Shown in pieces: positions 50,307-59,965 of a stretch of 64,000 bases of DNA (positions are counted from its first letter, which is position 1; each line of letters starts with the position of its first letter). Source of the DNA: an uncultured delta proteobacterium (GTDB taxonomy: Bacteria > Desulfobacterota > Binatia > UBA9968); assembly GCA_963771465.1 (NCBI GenBank), contig CAVYTU010000019.1:160001-224000 (forward strand), given 5' to 3'. The notes under the pieces were generated by a model that saw only the letters and a program-made list of their open reading frames with translations, was not told the DNA's origin and made no database searches. Made by a program: the position numbers and the translations under genes.

Positions 50307-51258
50307 ATGACTCATCGAATCTGGCTACGCGTCAACCTTCCGGAAGACGACATCGCGGCATTGCGGCGAGAATTTTCAAGCTGCGAATTCCGTCACGGCG
50401 ACGATGCGAGCATGGAGCCGCAATGGCTGACACAGTTCGACGGCGTGTTCACCGAAGAGCCAATACCGGACGAAGATCGTGCAGCGCATGACGAATTTGC
50501 AATGGCTCCACGTCACGCGCGGCGGCGTGAACGTCTATCTCACGCCGAGCGTAAAAGCGCGGCCGATCCAGGTAACCGGATCGAAGGGCATCCACGGCAC
50601 GGTTTTTTCGGAATTCGCTCTCGCCGCGATCTTCATGCTGGCGAAAAAGTTGCCGCAGTGCATCGAAGCCCAGCGCGAGAAAAAATGGCAGAAGCTCCAA
50701 CCGATGGAAGTCGAAGGCAAAACCGTCGGCATCGTCGGCCTCGGCACCGCCGGCGACGAGTTGGCGCGCAAAGCCAAAGCGCTCGGCATGCGCGTCCTGG
50801 CAACCAAGCGAACCACAACGGCAAAGCCCGATTATGTCGACGAGCTCGGCACGCCGGAATTTTTGCCGCGCTTGCTCGCGGAATCCGACTACGTCGTGCT
50901 GCTGCTCGCGTCGGTGCCGTCAACCTTCAACATCATCGGCGAAAAGGAACTGCGCCTGATGAAGCCGAGCGCCTATTTCATCAATCTCACCGGCGGCCGC
51001 GCCGTCGAGGAAAAATTGCTCCTGCGCGCGCTCAAAGAAAAATGGTTTGCCGGCGCCGTGCTCGATGCCTTCGCCAAACAGCCGCTGCCGGAAGATTCCG
51101 AGCTCTGGAGCTTGCCCAACGTTATCATCACGCCGCGCATCGCCGGCATCACTAGTCAGAAATGGCCCGCGGTATTGCCAGTCTTCAAAGAAAACCTGCG
51201 CCGCTTCATCGCCGGCGAGGCGCTTCGCAATGTGGTGAACAAGGGATTGGGCTACTAA
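50307..51258 (+). CDS. D-2-hydroxyacid dehydrogenase homolog with non-canonical active site; frameshift near 50475
   Basis: LQWLH, GIVGLGTAG Rossmann motif, MKPSAYFIN, LDAF, NVIITP; the N-terminus lies in the 50307 frame. Confidence 0.88.
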
Positions 51259-51288
51259 ATACTGACGCATCACACGGGAGGTTCTCCG

Positions 51289-52272
51289 ATGCAGCGAGAT
51301 AAGCGACGGCGGCTTTTGCCATTGTCACTTTTGATCAGTCTGATTGTCCTCGCCGGCTGCGCGCAGACCTATCAACCCGTCCGCCCCATCGAATTAGTCG
51401 TTCATAGCGCGCCCGGCGGCGGATCGGATGTCTTCGCCCGCGAGGTTGTCGCCATGGTGGAAAAGGAGAAGTTGCTCGCGCAGCCGATCCGGGTCGTCAA
51501 CAAGATCGTCGATGCCGGCCTGGAAGCGATGGAGTATCTGGTGGACAAAAAAGGCGACGATCACACCATCGCGGTTTTTACCAACACTTGGGTAGCCACG
51601 CCGCTAACCAGCGCCAAGGCGAAATATTCGGTTAAGGACTTAACGCCCATCGTTCGCCTGGTCTTGGAACCGACCATCGCAGTGGTCCATGCAAACTCGC
51701 CGTACAAATCGATGAACGATTTCGTCGCAGCGGCGAAGAAAAATCCGGATACGCTGAAGCAGGCGGGCGGTTCGGTCACCGCTATCGAGAGTTTGACCGG
51801 CTTGCTATTGCAAAATGCCACCGGCGCCAAATGGACTTTTGTCCCTACGCCAGCCGTCAAAGACCGCATCGCCAATCTCCTAGCCGGCGACGTGCAGATT
51901 ATCATTCCCCAGCCGCAAGACGTGAACGAGCATATCGTCAGCGGCAGAGTGAGACCGATCGCCGCGCTGACCGAGAAACGGCTCACGGTTTTGCCCCAGG
52001 TGCCGACGATCAAAGAGCAAGGCATCAACGTGCCGATCATCGCCAATGCGCGCGGCATTCTCGCGCCGCCCGGCGTGTCGAAAGAAGTCATCGTCTTCTG
52101 GGAGGACTTCTTCGCGCGCCTGACTCAAACCGCAAGCTGGAAAAAATACATCGCGGCTAACCAGGTCGAGGACGTATTCATCAAAGGCGGCGAGCTCGGG
52201 CCATTCCTCGACGAGCAAACAAAATTGATGCGCTCAGTATTGCAACAGGCGGGCGTCAAGCTGGCGCGTTGA
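51289..52272 (+). CDS. TctC-like tripartite tricarboxylate transporter SBP, lipoprotein
   Basis: LAGC lipobox, APGGGSD, VPTIKEQG, RGILAPPG. Confidence 0.9.
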   Translation: MQRDKRRRLLPLSLLISLIVLAGCAQTYQPVRPIELVVHSAPGGGSDVFAREVVAMVEKEKLLAQPIRVVNKIVDAGLEAMEYLVDKKGDDHTIAVFTNTWVATPLTSAKAKYSVKDLTPIVRLVLEPTIAVVHANSPYKSMNDFVAAAKKNPDTLKQAGGSVTAIESLTGLLLQNATGAKWTFVPTPAVKDRIANLLAGDVQIIIPQPQDVNEHIVSGRVRPIAALTEKRLTVLPQVPTIKEQGINVPIIANARGILAPPGVSKEVIVFWEDFFARLTQTASWKKYIAANQVEDVFIKGGELGPFLDEQTKLMRSVLQQAGVKLAR

Positions 52273-52401
52273 GAAGAAATCGGCCCCTTTGACTCGACGA
52301 CATCGTCGGTCTGCTCGATGGGATCGATACGAGTTATTCGCCTTGTCCACCGCACTGCGCTGTAGTAGATATGAACCCATCAAATCCGGGAGGGTAAACC
52401 G

Positions 52402-53442
52402 ATGGCTTCGATCCTTTATGTTGGTACTGATGAAGGTGTCGTAACGCTGAAAAGCGAAGACGGCCGTAACTGGAAGCAAGAACATCACGCGCTCAAGGAG
52501 TGGGCGATCCCCGAGGTTGCCGTGGGGCCCGAAGCGCCGAACAAAGTTTACGCCGGCACGCGCGGCGACGGCGTGTGGGTGAGCGAAGATTTCGGCGCGA
52601 CCTGGAAAAAACCCTGCTACGGCAAACGCGGCCCAGGCAAAGTGCGCTGTCTATCGTTCGATCCCCATGATGCCAACACACTTTACGCCGGCACCGAACC
52701 GATCGACGTCTTTGTTAGCCGCGACGGCGCGAAAAGCTGGGACCGGCTCGATTCCGTGTGGAACATTCCCTGGGTTTCGACGGTCACTTACCCGGTCGCC
52801 GCCGTGGAACCTCACGTGCGCGACATCACCATCGACCCCAAAGATCCCAAGATCATGTATGTCGCCTTGCAGGTTGGCTACATGCTCAAGACTACTGACG
52901 GCGGCAAGAGCTGGGAGCTTTTGAATAAGAATCTCGACTGCGACGTGCACACCATCGTGCTCCATCCCGACGACAGCAACAAAATTTTCATCGCCACCGG
53001 CGGCCACGACTGCCGCGCCGGCAATGCGCCGGGACGGGCGCTCTATTCAAGCGCCGACGGCGGCAAAAACTGGTCGCCCATGGCGATGGAATTCAAGGAA
53101 GAATATTCGGTGCCGCTGGCCGTGCACCCGACCCAACACAACGTGATTTATTCGGCGGTGGCCAATGGCCAGCCGGGACAATGGCGCAAACGTAACGGCG
53201 ACGCACAAGCTTACTTGATCCAATCCAGGGACGCTGGAAAGACGTGGAACAAACTGGACGGCGCGGTGTCGCAGGCAAGTCATAGCTTCGTTGAAAGCTT
53301 CGCTTTCGATCCAGCAAACTCCAATTGTCTCTACGCTGCGCAGCGAAACGGCGACCTGTTCGGCAGCGAAGACAGCGGTGACAGCTGGGTTAAAATGATG
53401 AACGTTCCCGAACTCTCTGACATTAAGGTGGCGCACGTGTAG
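52402..53442 (+). CDS. BNR/Asp-box beta-propeller protein (no signal peptide)
   Basis: Repeated S-x-D-x-G-x-x-W boxes (SEDFGATW, SRDGAKSW, TTDGGKSW, SADGGKNW, SRDAGKTW, SEDSGDSW). Confidence 0.88.
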   Translation: MASILYVGTDEGVVTLKSEDGRNWKQEHHALKEWAIPEVAVGPEAPNKVYAGTRGDGVWVSEDFGATWKKPCYGKRGPGKVRCLSFDPHDANTLYAGTEPIDVFVSRDGAKSWDRLDSVWNIPWVSTVTYPVAAVEPHVRDITIDPKDPKIMYVALQVGYMLKTTDGGKSWELLNKNLDCDVHTIVLHPDDSNKIFIATGGHDCRAGNAPGRALYSSADGGKNWSPMAMEFKEEYSVPLAVHPTQHNVIYSAVANGQPGQWRKRNGDAQAYLIQSRDAGKTWNKLDGAVSQASHSFVESFAFDPANSNCLYAAQRNGDLFGSEDSGDSWVKMMNVPELSDIKVAHV

Positions 53443-53460
53443 GCGGAGGAAAGTTGAAGC

Positions 53461-53534
53461 GATGGAGTATTGGAGTACTGGGATTCCGAATCTGGACTCA
53501 CCACTCCAATAATCCATCACTTCAGTACTCCAAC
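53461..53534. repeat. Inverted 8-mer arrays (TGGAGTAY / ACTCCAAY)
   Basis: GATGGAGTATTGGAGTACTGG...ACTCCAATAATCCATCACTTCAGTACTCCAAC. Confidence 0.65.
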
Positions 53535-53550
53535 CCAAATTGGAATTTTT

Positions 53551-54453
53551 ATGGCAAAGCTAGTCGGCTGCGTGGCGATGTCGCACGCTCCACAATTGAT
53601 GCTCGATCCCGATCATTGGCACCTGCTGCAAGATCGGCGCAGTGAAAATTTGCCAGACAAGCCGGCGCTGGAAAATGAAACTCTCGAGGTGAAGTGGACC
53701 AAGTGGCGCAAGTGCAGAAGCGCCATCGATCAGCTGCGGCAGAAAATCGAAGCGCTGCAGCCCGATGTTTTTCTCGTCATCGGCGACGATCAGCATGAAA
53801 ACCTCATCGACGACAACATGCCGCCGTTTACGATTTTCATGGGTAAGGAGGCCGAGGCGAGCGTCAGCCTGCGCTATCTCAATCAATCACGCTCGGAGAA
53901 CCGGACGAGATATGAGATCGACGCCAAGCTCGGCGAAGCGCTGGTCAACGGTTTGATGGATCACGGCTTCGATCCGTCCTATTCTAAGAAAACGCGCTAC
54001 GACGGCGGCCTCGGCCACGCGTTTGCCCGCGTGCTCAAGTTTCTCGTCCCACAAGCGGACCGCCGCGTGATCCCGGTGATGGTCAACACCTACTATCCGC
54101 CGGCGCCGTCGGCGAAACGTTGTCTTCAGTTCGGCCAAGCGCTGGCGTCGCTGATCCGGGAATATCCAAGTAACGACCGAGTCATGATCGCTGCGTCCGG
54201 CGGACTGAGCCACACAAAGATCGACGAGGCTTTGGATGAGAAATTTCTCGCGGCGCTAAAATCGAACGACACAGACTACATGAGCGCCATGCCAGCGTCG
54301 GTATTTCGCGAAGGCACATCGGAGATTTTGAATTGGATCGCCGTCGCCGGCGCCGCCAACCGGCCAGGTAATCTGCTCGAGTACGCGCCGCTCTACCGCA
54401 CCAAGACCGGCGTCGGCTGCGCCATGGGTTTTGCTTCTTGGGATTTTAGTTAA
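53551..54453 (+). CDS. LigB/MhpB-like (class III) extradiol ring-cleavage dioxygenase
   Basis: SHAP, GDDQHEN, GHAF, SGGLSH, SEILNW. Confidence 0.88.
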   Translation: MAKLVGCVAMSHAPQLMLDPDHWHLLQDRRSENLPDKPALENETLEVKWTKWRKCRSAIDQLRQKIEALQPDVFLVIGDDQHENLIDDNMPPFTIFMGKEAEASVSLRYLNQSRSENRTRYEIDAKLGEALVNGLMDHGFDPSYSKKTRYDGGLGHAFARVLKFLVPQADRRVIPVMVNTYYPPAPSAKRCLQFGQALASLIREYPSNDRVMIAASGGLSHTKIDEALDEKFLAALKSNDTDYMSAMPASVFREGTSEILNWIAVAGAANRPGNLLEYAPLYRTKTGVGCAMGFASWDFS

Positions 54454-54581
54454 GACAGCATCAGGTTCCGCGGCTCGTTAGATTGTCTCCCCGAGCGTCG
54501 GCGATCGCCCTCACCTTTCGCCGAAGTAGCGAAGCACGAGTTATTTTCACATTCCACAGATAACCGCCGATCGCGCCGTTA

Positions 54582-55883
54582 ATGACTTCCGACTCCTCTG
54601 AATCGAATTCAAAATCAGCCGGCCGCCTCGGCGCTCTACGTTACCGCGACTTTCGGCTTTTCTGGACCGGCCAATTGATTTCCAACATCGGCACCTGGAT
54701 GCAGATGACTGCAACCAGTTGGCTGCTCTACCAGCTCACCGGCTCGCCGGCTTTGCTCGGCTTGAACGGCGTTTTTCGCGCCATCCCGGCTATCAGTCTC
54801 GGTTTGATCGGCGGTACGATTGCGGATCGTTATGACCGCCGACGCATGCTGCTCTGGACTCAAGTATCGTTAGGACTGCTCGCTCTCGGCATCGGCGTGC
54901 TCGATCACATCGGCCACATTCAACCCTGGCATATCTACACCTTAACATTTTTGAGCGCGTCGGTTGGCGCCTTCGACGGACCGGCGCGTCAAGCGATGTT
55001 TCCCTCCCTGGTGCCGCGCTCGGCTTTACCGAATGCCGTGGCGCTCAATTCATTATTGTGGAAGGGCTCGGCGCTGGTCGGTCCGTCGCTAGGCGGCGTT
55101 GCGATTAGTCTCATGGGCACAGCCGGCGCGTTCTACGCCAACGCGGCGAGCTTCTCAGTCGTGGTGGTCACGCTGTTGCGGCTCCACGTTAAGGCCAGAC
55201 CGGAACCCCAACGTCGGCGCCGTTTTCTCGCTGAAGCCCAGGAAGGATTTTCTTATATCGTTTCTCGGCCGATCATTCTTGGGATAAGTCTTCTGGAAGC
55301 GGTCGCTTCGATCTTCGGGTTAGACCACACCATGCTGACCGTGTTCGCCAGCGACATTCTGCGCGTCGGCGCGCACGGCTTCGGCTTGCTCCAATCGGCG
55401 CGCGGCCTCGGCGCGGTGATCGGTTCCAGTCTCTATATTGCGTTCGGCCAACGGCCGCACCAAGGACGTATCTTGCTCGTCTCGGCGATTTCTTACGGCA
55501 TCGGCTTCGCGCTCTTCGGGCTGTCGCCGTCCTTCGGGCTATCGCTTTTATTGATGACCTTTGTCGGCATCGCCGACACGATCTGGGGCGCGTCGCGCGG
55601 CACCATCATGCAAATGATCACGCCGGAACGATTTCGCGGCCGGGCGATGGGAGTTTTTCATCTCAGCAGCCGTGGCCTGCACCCGCTCGGCCAAGTCGAA
55701 TCCGGCATATTGATCCCGCTGATCGGCGCCCGTGAAGCTACCGTCGCGGGCGGGCTATTCGTGTCCTTGGTGACCATCGTAACCGTATGGAAAGTTCCCG
55801 CGATCCGGAAATTTCGCTGGGACCAAATACCTGAGAGCTCAGCGAATGATAATCCCGCGGATAAGAATCGCGCCGCGAGTTAG
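54582..55883 (+). CDS. MFS transporter (DUF894/EntS-like)
   Basis: FRLFWTGQLISNIGTWMQ, ADRYDRRR, PARQA, NAVALNS, RGRAMG. Confidence 0.92.
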   Translation: MTSDSSESNSKSAGRLGALRYRDFRLFWTGQLISNIGTWMQMTATSWLLYQLTGSPALLGLNGVFRAIPAISLGLIGGTIADRYDRRRMLLWTQVSLGLLALGIGVLDHIGHIQPWHIYTLTFLSASVGAFDGPARQAMFPSLVPRSALPNAVALNSLLWKGSALVGPSLGGVAISLMGTAGAFYANAASFSVVVVTLLRLHVKARPEPQRRRRFLAEAQEGFSYIVSRPIILGISLLEAVASIFGLDHTMLTVFASDILRVGAHGFGLLQSARGLGAVIGSSLYIAFGQRPHQGRILLVSAISYGIGFALFGLSPSFGLSLLLMTFVGIADTIWGASRGTIMQMITPERFRGRAMGVFHLSSRGLHPLGQVESGILIPLIGAREATVAGGLFVSLVTIVTVWKVPAIRKFRWDQIPESSANDNPADKNRAAS

Positions 55884-55939
55884 CGCCCCGCGATTGGGTG
55901 GCAAGTTCACGATCGAATCGCGCCCGACAGTCTTCCAAC

Positions 55940-55975
55940 GATTGGAACCATTTGAACGGCTTGAACGTTTTGAAC
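55940..55975. repeat. 9-mer nnnTTGAAC tandem array
   Basis: GATTGGAAC CATTTGAAC GGCTTGAAC GTTTTGAAC, between convergent genes. Confidence 0.7.
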
Positions 55976-55993
55976 GGCGCTGCCCGGCGCCTC

Positions 55994-57220
55994 CTACGGC
56001 AGCGGCTCGCGCCGATCATCGAGGGGTTTGAAGCGCTGCGAATATCGCAGCCGCGCGCCCAGCCGGCCGGTGAGGAACTTCTCCCGGCTTTCGGTGGCGA
56101 GATCGAGTCGGACATTTTTTTTCGGATCGCGAAACGTATTGATCGGATCCTTGCCCGCGGCGATGAGTTTGATCTGGTTGTCGAGCAAGTGTCGAAACAG
56201 CACCAGGCCGTGATCGGACTCGCCCAGCATTTCCTTGGTGCGGTCGTAAATCGCGCCTTGGGAAATGAAGATCGCGTTGTCTTGCGGGTCCACGTCGTTG
56301 TTGAGCAGTTCGTACATCGGCTGCCCGTGGCTGTCTAGTTGCGGCGAGGGCATGTGATAGAGCGGCATTTGCTCCTTGGTTTGCCGCTCGCCTTCGTTGA
56401 ACGGATGGATCGAATAGTACCACTGCGCCGTGTGGGTCTCGTCCACCGGCACGCGGAAGCGCAGCATGTCGGGCCCTTTTTGAATCGTCGGGAAGATTAG
56501 CCAATGGCCGATCTTCCAGTCGTCGGACTCCTCGGTTTCGCCTTCGAGAATGCGCCGCTTGATAATGCCGTATTCGGCGATATCGAAACCGATCCTTTGA
56601 TGATAAACACGCTTGCGTTTGAGTTCGCTGCGGCCGCTCCGCTCGGCGGAGTAGTTACGAAATACGCCATGCAGCCATTCGACGTGCACGGGATCTAGAA
56701 TATTTTCGACTGTCTGCACCCAATTGCAGGCGGTAAGCGTATAACCAACTTCACGCCAATAGTTATCCTCGACGAGCAAATCCCAGCGCGGCACCAGCGG
56801 CGCCGGTTGCGGTCCCAGGTAAGCGAAGATCAAACCACCCAGCTCCTCGACCGCGTAATGGGTCAGCTGAATCTTGTCTTTGAATCCCTTGTTGAGCGTC
56901 TCCTCGAAGGGCTGTTCCAGACAGCGGCCGGCATGATTGAATTTCCAACCGTGATACGCACACCGGATGCCATCTTCTTCAGCCATGCCGTAAACCAATT
57001 GCGCGCGACGATGCGGACAGTAGGCGTCGATCAGACCGAGCTTGCCCCTGGTGTCTTTGAACAACACCAACTCTTCGCCGAGAATCTTGACCAGCTTGGT
57101 CGGATGGCGCGCCAATTCCGACACCCCTGCGATCGGATACCAGTAACGGCGCAACAAATCCCCCACCGGCGTGCCTGCTTTGACTTGCGTCAATCTTTCA
57201 TTGTCTTCTTTGCTGATCAT
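55994..57220 (-). CDS. Rieske non-heme iron oxygenase
   Basis: CPHR...CAYHGW; ENILDPVHVEWLH; QDNAIFISQG. Confidence 0.92.
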   Translation of the reverse strand: MISKEDNERLTQVKAGTPVGDLLRRYWYPIAGVSELARHPTKLVKILGEELVLFKDTRGKLGLIDAYCPHRRAQLVYGMAEEDGIRCAYHGWKFNHAGRCLEQPFEETLNKGFKDKIQLTHYAVEELGGLIFAYLGPQPAPLVPRWDLLVEDNYWREVGYTLTACNWVQTVENILDPVHVEWLHGVFRNYSAERSGRSELKRKRVYHQRIGFDIAEYGIIKRRILEGETEESDDWKIGHWLIFPTIQKGPDMLRFRVPVDETHTAQWYYSIHPFNEGERQTKEQMPLYHMPSPQLDSHGQPMYELLNNDVDPQDNAIFISQGAIYDRTKEMLGESDHGLVLFRHLLDNQIKLIAAGKDPINTFRDPKKNVRLDLATESREKFLTGRLGARLRYSQRFKPLDDRREPLP

Positions 57221-57322
57221 GTTCGACTCCGCTTTGATATTAACGATTACAACATCTCAGGCCGTCGTGCCACCTGAGCGTATCTACGCTCGATGATTGG
57301 GGATTAAGTGTCTCCGACATCC

Positions 57323-57357
57323 TCCATTTTCAATTTTCCATTATCCATTTTCCATTC
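57323..57357. repeat. 7-mer tandem array (TCCATTY)
   Basis: TCCATTT TCAATTT TCCATTA TCCATTT TCCATTC. Confidence 0.7.
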
Positions 57358-58489
57358 AAGGCCGCTTGGCGGCCTTGGCCAACGCCTGGTTAACGACCTT
57401 TTGCATCGGCTCGGAGTCCATCCATTCGGCCTTCCAGGTTACCATATAATTTGTGTCCGCTTTGCGCCGCGCGATGGGTCGCAGATCGTTCTTCGGAATA
57501 TCGATACGCAGTGAGTCATTGACGCCGCCATCTTTCTGCACGGCGATTTGTCCGTCGCGCGACAGCAGCCAGTTGATAAAGACTTTTGCCGCATTGGGAT
57601 GGGGCGAGCGCTCCAACCAGGCCACGGTAAACGCCCCAGGTTCCAAATTGCCGCCTTCTTTCCAAGCGCCGGTGTCGAAAACGTTGACTGGTAAGCCTTG
57701 AGCTTTGGCTTGCAGAACGTCATCGCCGTTGCCAAACAACAAAAGCGCAAAGCGTTTTTGCGCCAGCCAATTGATCGCTTGGGTGTAGTCGCGCGATACC
57801 ATGACCACTTGTTCGGTCAACAGCCGGCGCAAATATTCCGCGCCCAGTTGCGGATGATAAAAGACCGCGCGCGCGCCGCTGCGGCCGTAGCCGCCGTAAC
57901 GCGGGTCCATGACGACGATCTTGGCGCGCCATTTCTCGCTTAACAAATCCCAATACGACGTCAAGTCCGCCGGCGCGACCATTTCGCTGTTGTGCGCCAC
58001 CATATTCACCGACACGCTGCCCACGGCGACGAAAATATACTTGCCCTCGGCGTCGATGTATTGATGTTTCCCCGACCACCACTTGGACTCGTCTTTGACC
58101 TCGGGAAGAATGAAAGCCGCGGCCACCGGCTGCAACGCTTTCGCTTGATAGAGCGCATACGGTGAAGTGTTGCCGATGCGCGCCACGTCGGCGAGATATT
58201 TTCCGGCGCGCCGCTCGGTCATGATGCGCACCAACAGTTCGTTGCCCTTGCCCTGGACGACTCGGACCTTGATACGCGGAAACTTTTTCTCGAATTCGCC
58301 GAGGAACCCGACTTCGCCGAGCGTGTAGTAGGAAAACTCGCCTTCCTGCTCCGCCGCTTTGATCGTGCGCTCCCATTCGGATTCCCAAGTGGCAGCGGCG
58401 CCGGCGGATAGCGCCGCCGGCGCCACGCCGGCCGAAATCAGCGCTACAACCAATCCAACCAAGAGACGCAATCGCAACGTTGTCGTCAT
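57356..58489 (-). CDS. Extracellular solute-binding protein (Fe/thiamine-type)
   Basis: Signal peptide; WERTIKAAEQEG, ERRAGKYLAD, PHPNAAKVFINWLLSRDGQ, SLRIDIPK. Confidence 0.88.
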   Translation of the reverse strand: MTTTLRLRLLVGLVVALISAGVAPAALSAGAAATWESEWERTIKAAEQEGEFSYYTLGEVGFLGEFEKKFPRIKVRVVQGKGNELLVRIMTERRAGKYLADVARIGNTSPYALYQAKALQPVAAAFILPEVKDESKWWSGKHQYIDAEGKYIFVAVGSVSVNMVAHNSEMVAPADLTSYWDLLSEKWRAKIVVMDPRYGGYGRSGARAVFYHPQLGAEYLRRLLTEQVVMVSRDYTQAINWLAQKRFALLLFGNGDDVLQAKAQGLPVNVFDTGAWKEGGNLEPGAFTVAWLERSPHPNAAKVFINWLLSRDGQIAVQKDGGVNDSLRIDIPKNDLRPIARRKADTNYMVTWKAEWMDSEPMQKVVNQALAKAAKRP

Positions 58490-58767
58490 TTGCTTTTGAT
58501 GATTTCCTTAAAGAGTTTGCTCACCGGCTCTTGGTTACTCCGCTCCGGCATGTCCATCATGATATATTTCGTTCCCGCGGCCCGGCGTTGCCCGGCGGGC
58601 ACGACATCCTTTGGAATATCGATGCGCAGCGACTCAACCAATAGATCCGCCGAATTCATGATCTTCTGAAACGACGCTTGCCCATCTCGCGACAACAGCA
58701 GAGTCAACAAGCAGAACAATCCGCCAAGTGCCGAGCAACGCAAACTTTGCATGAGCAACGTCGTCAA
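58486..58767 (-). pseudogene. Internally deleted SBP: signal peptide fused to the C-terminal ~70 aa
   Basis: Leader ...GGLFCLLTL joins directly to LLSRDGQ...SLRIDIPKD, the family C-terminal motif seen in 57356-58489 and 63257-64000. Confidence 0.7.
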
Positions 58768-58822
58768 CGTGGCACCTGATACGTATGATTGGGGACAATT
58801 TTAACTTTTTAAAAAGGGGGGA

Positions 58823-59938
58823 CTAATTTTCCCGCGGCCAGAGCGTCACGCCCTCAGGCTTGAGATCAAGAGAGACCTTGTCACCGGACTTGAGCCCCAG
58901 GGACACCGGTGAACCTAAAACGCGCGTATCAGATCCGAGGGTAACCGTATACTCATAGCGGTCGCCGAGAAACAGCACCGTCTCCAATCTCGCCTCGACG
59001 AGATTGCTGCGGCCTTCCTGCCGGCCCGCCGACAAGTTGACCTGTTCCGGGCGAATCGCCACCATCACGCCTTGCCCAACGGCGGGAAAGCCGTTGGCCG
59101 CCGAAATCACGTTGCTTCTCGGCAATACCAGTTGCGCGGTTGTGCCGCCCTGAACCTCAACGTTCACCTGTTGGTCCGAGAGGCTGCTGACCTTGCCCGG
59201 CAGTAGAAAGGTCTTGCCGAGAAAGTCGCGCACGAATGGCGTGGCGGGTTTGAAGTAAACCTGTTCCGGCGTGCCGACTTGTTCGAACACGCCGAACTTC
59301 ATGATCGCAATCCGATCGGACAAGCTCAAGGCTTCGATCTGATCATGGGTGACGAAAATGACCGTGATGTGAACCCGCTGCTGCAGGGATTTTAGTTCCC
59401 GGCGCATCTCTTCGCGCAGCTGCGCGTCCAAGTTGCTGAGCGGCTCATCGAGTAGCAAGACTTTCGGGGAGAAGACCAACGCGCGCGCCAGCGCGACGCG
59501 CTGTTGCTGCCCGCCGCTCAACGCCGGCGCCGGCCGCTCTTCCAGGCCGGCCAGACCGACGAGACCAAGCACGTCAGCGACTTTTTTCTCGGCCTCCCGG
59601 CCTCGGATGCCGCGAAGCTTGAGCGGATAGACGACGTTTTCGAAAACCGTCATATGCGGCCACAGCGCATAGGACTGAAAAACCATGCCCATGTTGCGCT
59701 TTTCCGGTTTGATGAAAAGATTTTTTTCCGGCGCGACGAGGCACTGATCGCCGAGATAGATCGCGCCGCTGTCGGGTTTTTCCAAGCCGCCGACCATGCG
59801 AAGAGTCGTCGTCTTGCCACAGCCGCTGGAGCCTAGCAGAGTAAAGAATTCACCTTCGGCTATTTCCAGGTTGATACGATTGACCGCGGCAACCTGGCCG
59901 AACGTTTTATAGAGATTTTGAATGCGTAAAAAACTCAC
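58823..59938 (-). CDS. ABC transporter ATP-binding protein (FbpC/PotA-like)
   Basis: GSSGCGKTT, LSGGQQQR, LLDEP, VTHD, C-terminal TOBE-like region. Confidence 0.95.
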   Translation of the reverse strand: MSFLRIQNLYKTFGQVAAVNRINLEIAEGEFFTLLGSSGCGKTTTLRMVGGLEKPDSGAIYLGDQCLVAPEKNLFIKPEKRNMGMVFQSYALWPHMTVFENVVYPLKLRGIRGREAEKKVADVLGLVGLAGLEERPAPALSGGQQQRVALARALVFSPKVLLLDEPLSNLDAQLREEMRRELKSLQQRVHITVIFVTHDQIEALSLSDRIAIMKFGVFEQVGTPEQVYFKPATPFVRDFLGKTFLLPGKVSSLSDQQVNVEVQGGTTAQLVLPRSNVISAANGFPAVGQGVMVAIRPEQVNLSAGRQEGRSNLVEARLETVLFLGDRYEYTVTLGSDTRVLGSPVSLGLKSGDKVSLDLKPEGVTLWPREN

Positions 59939-59965
59939 GTGCTCGTTTCCTTACTCTCTAATAAA

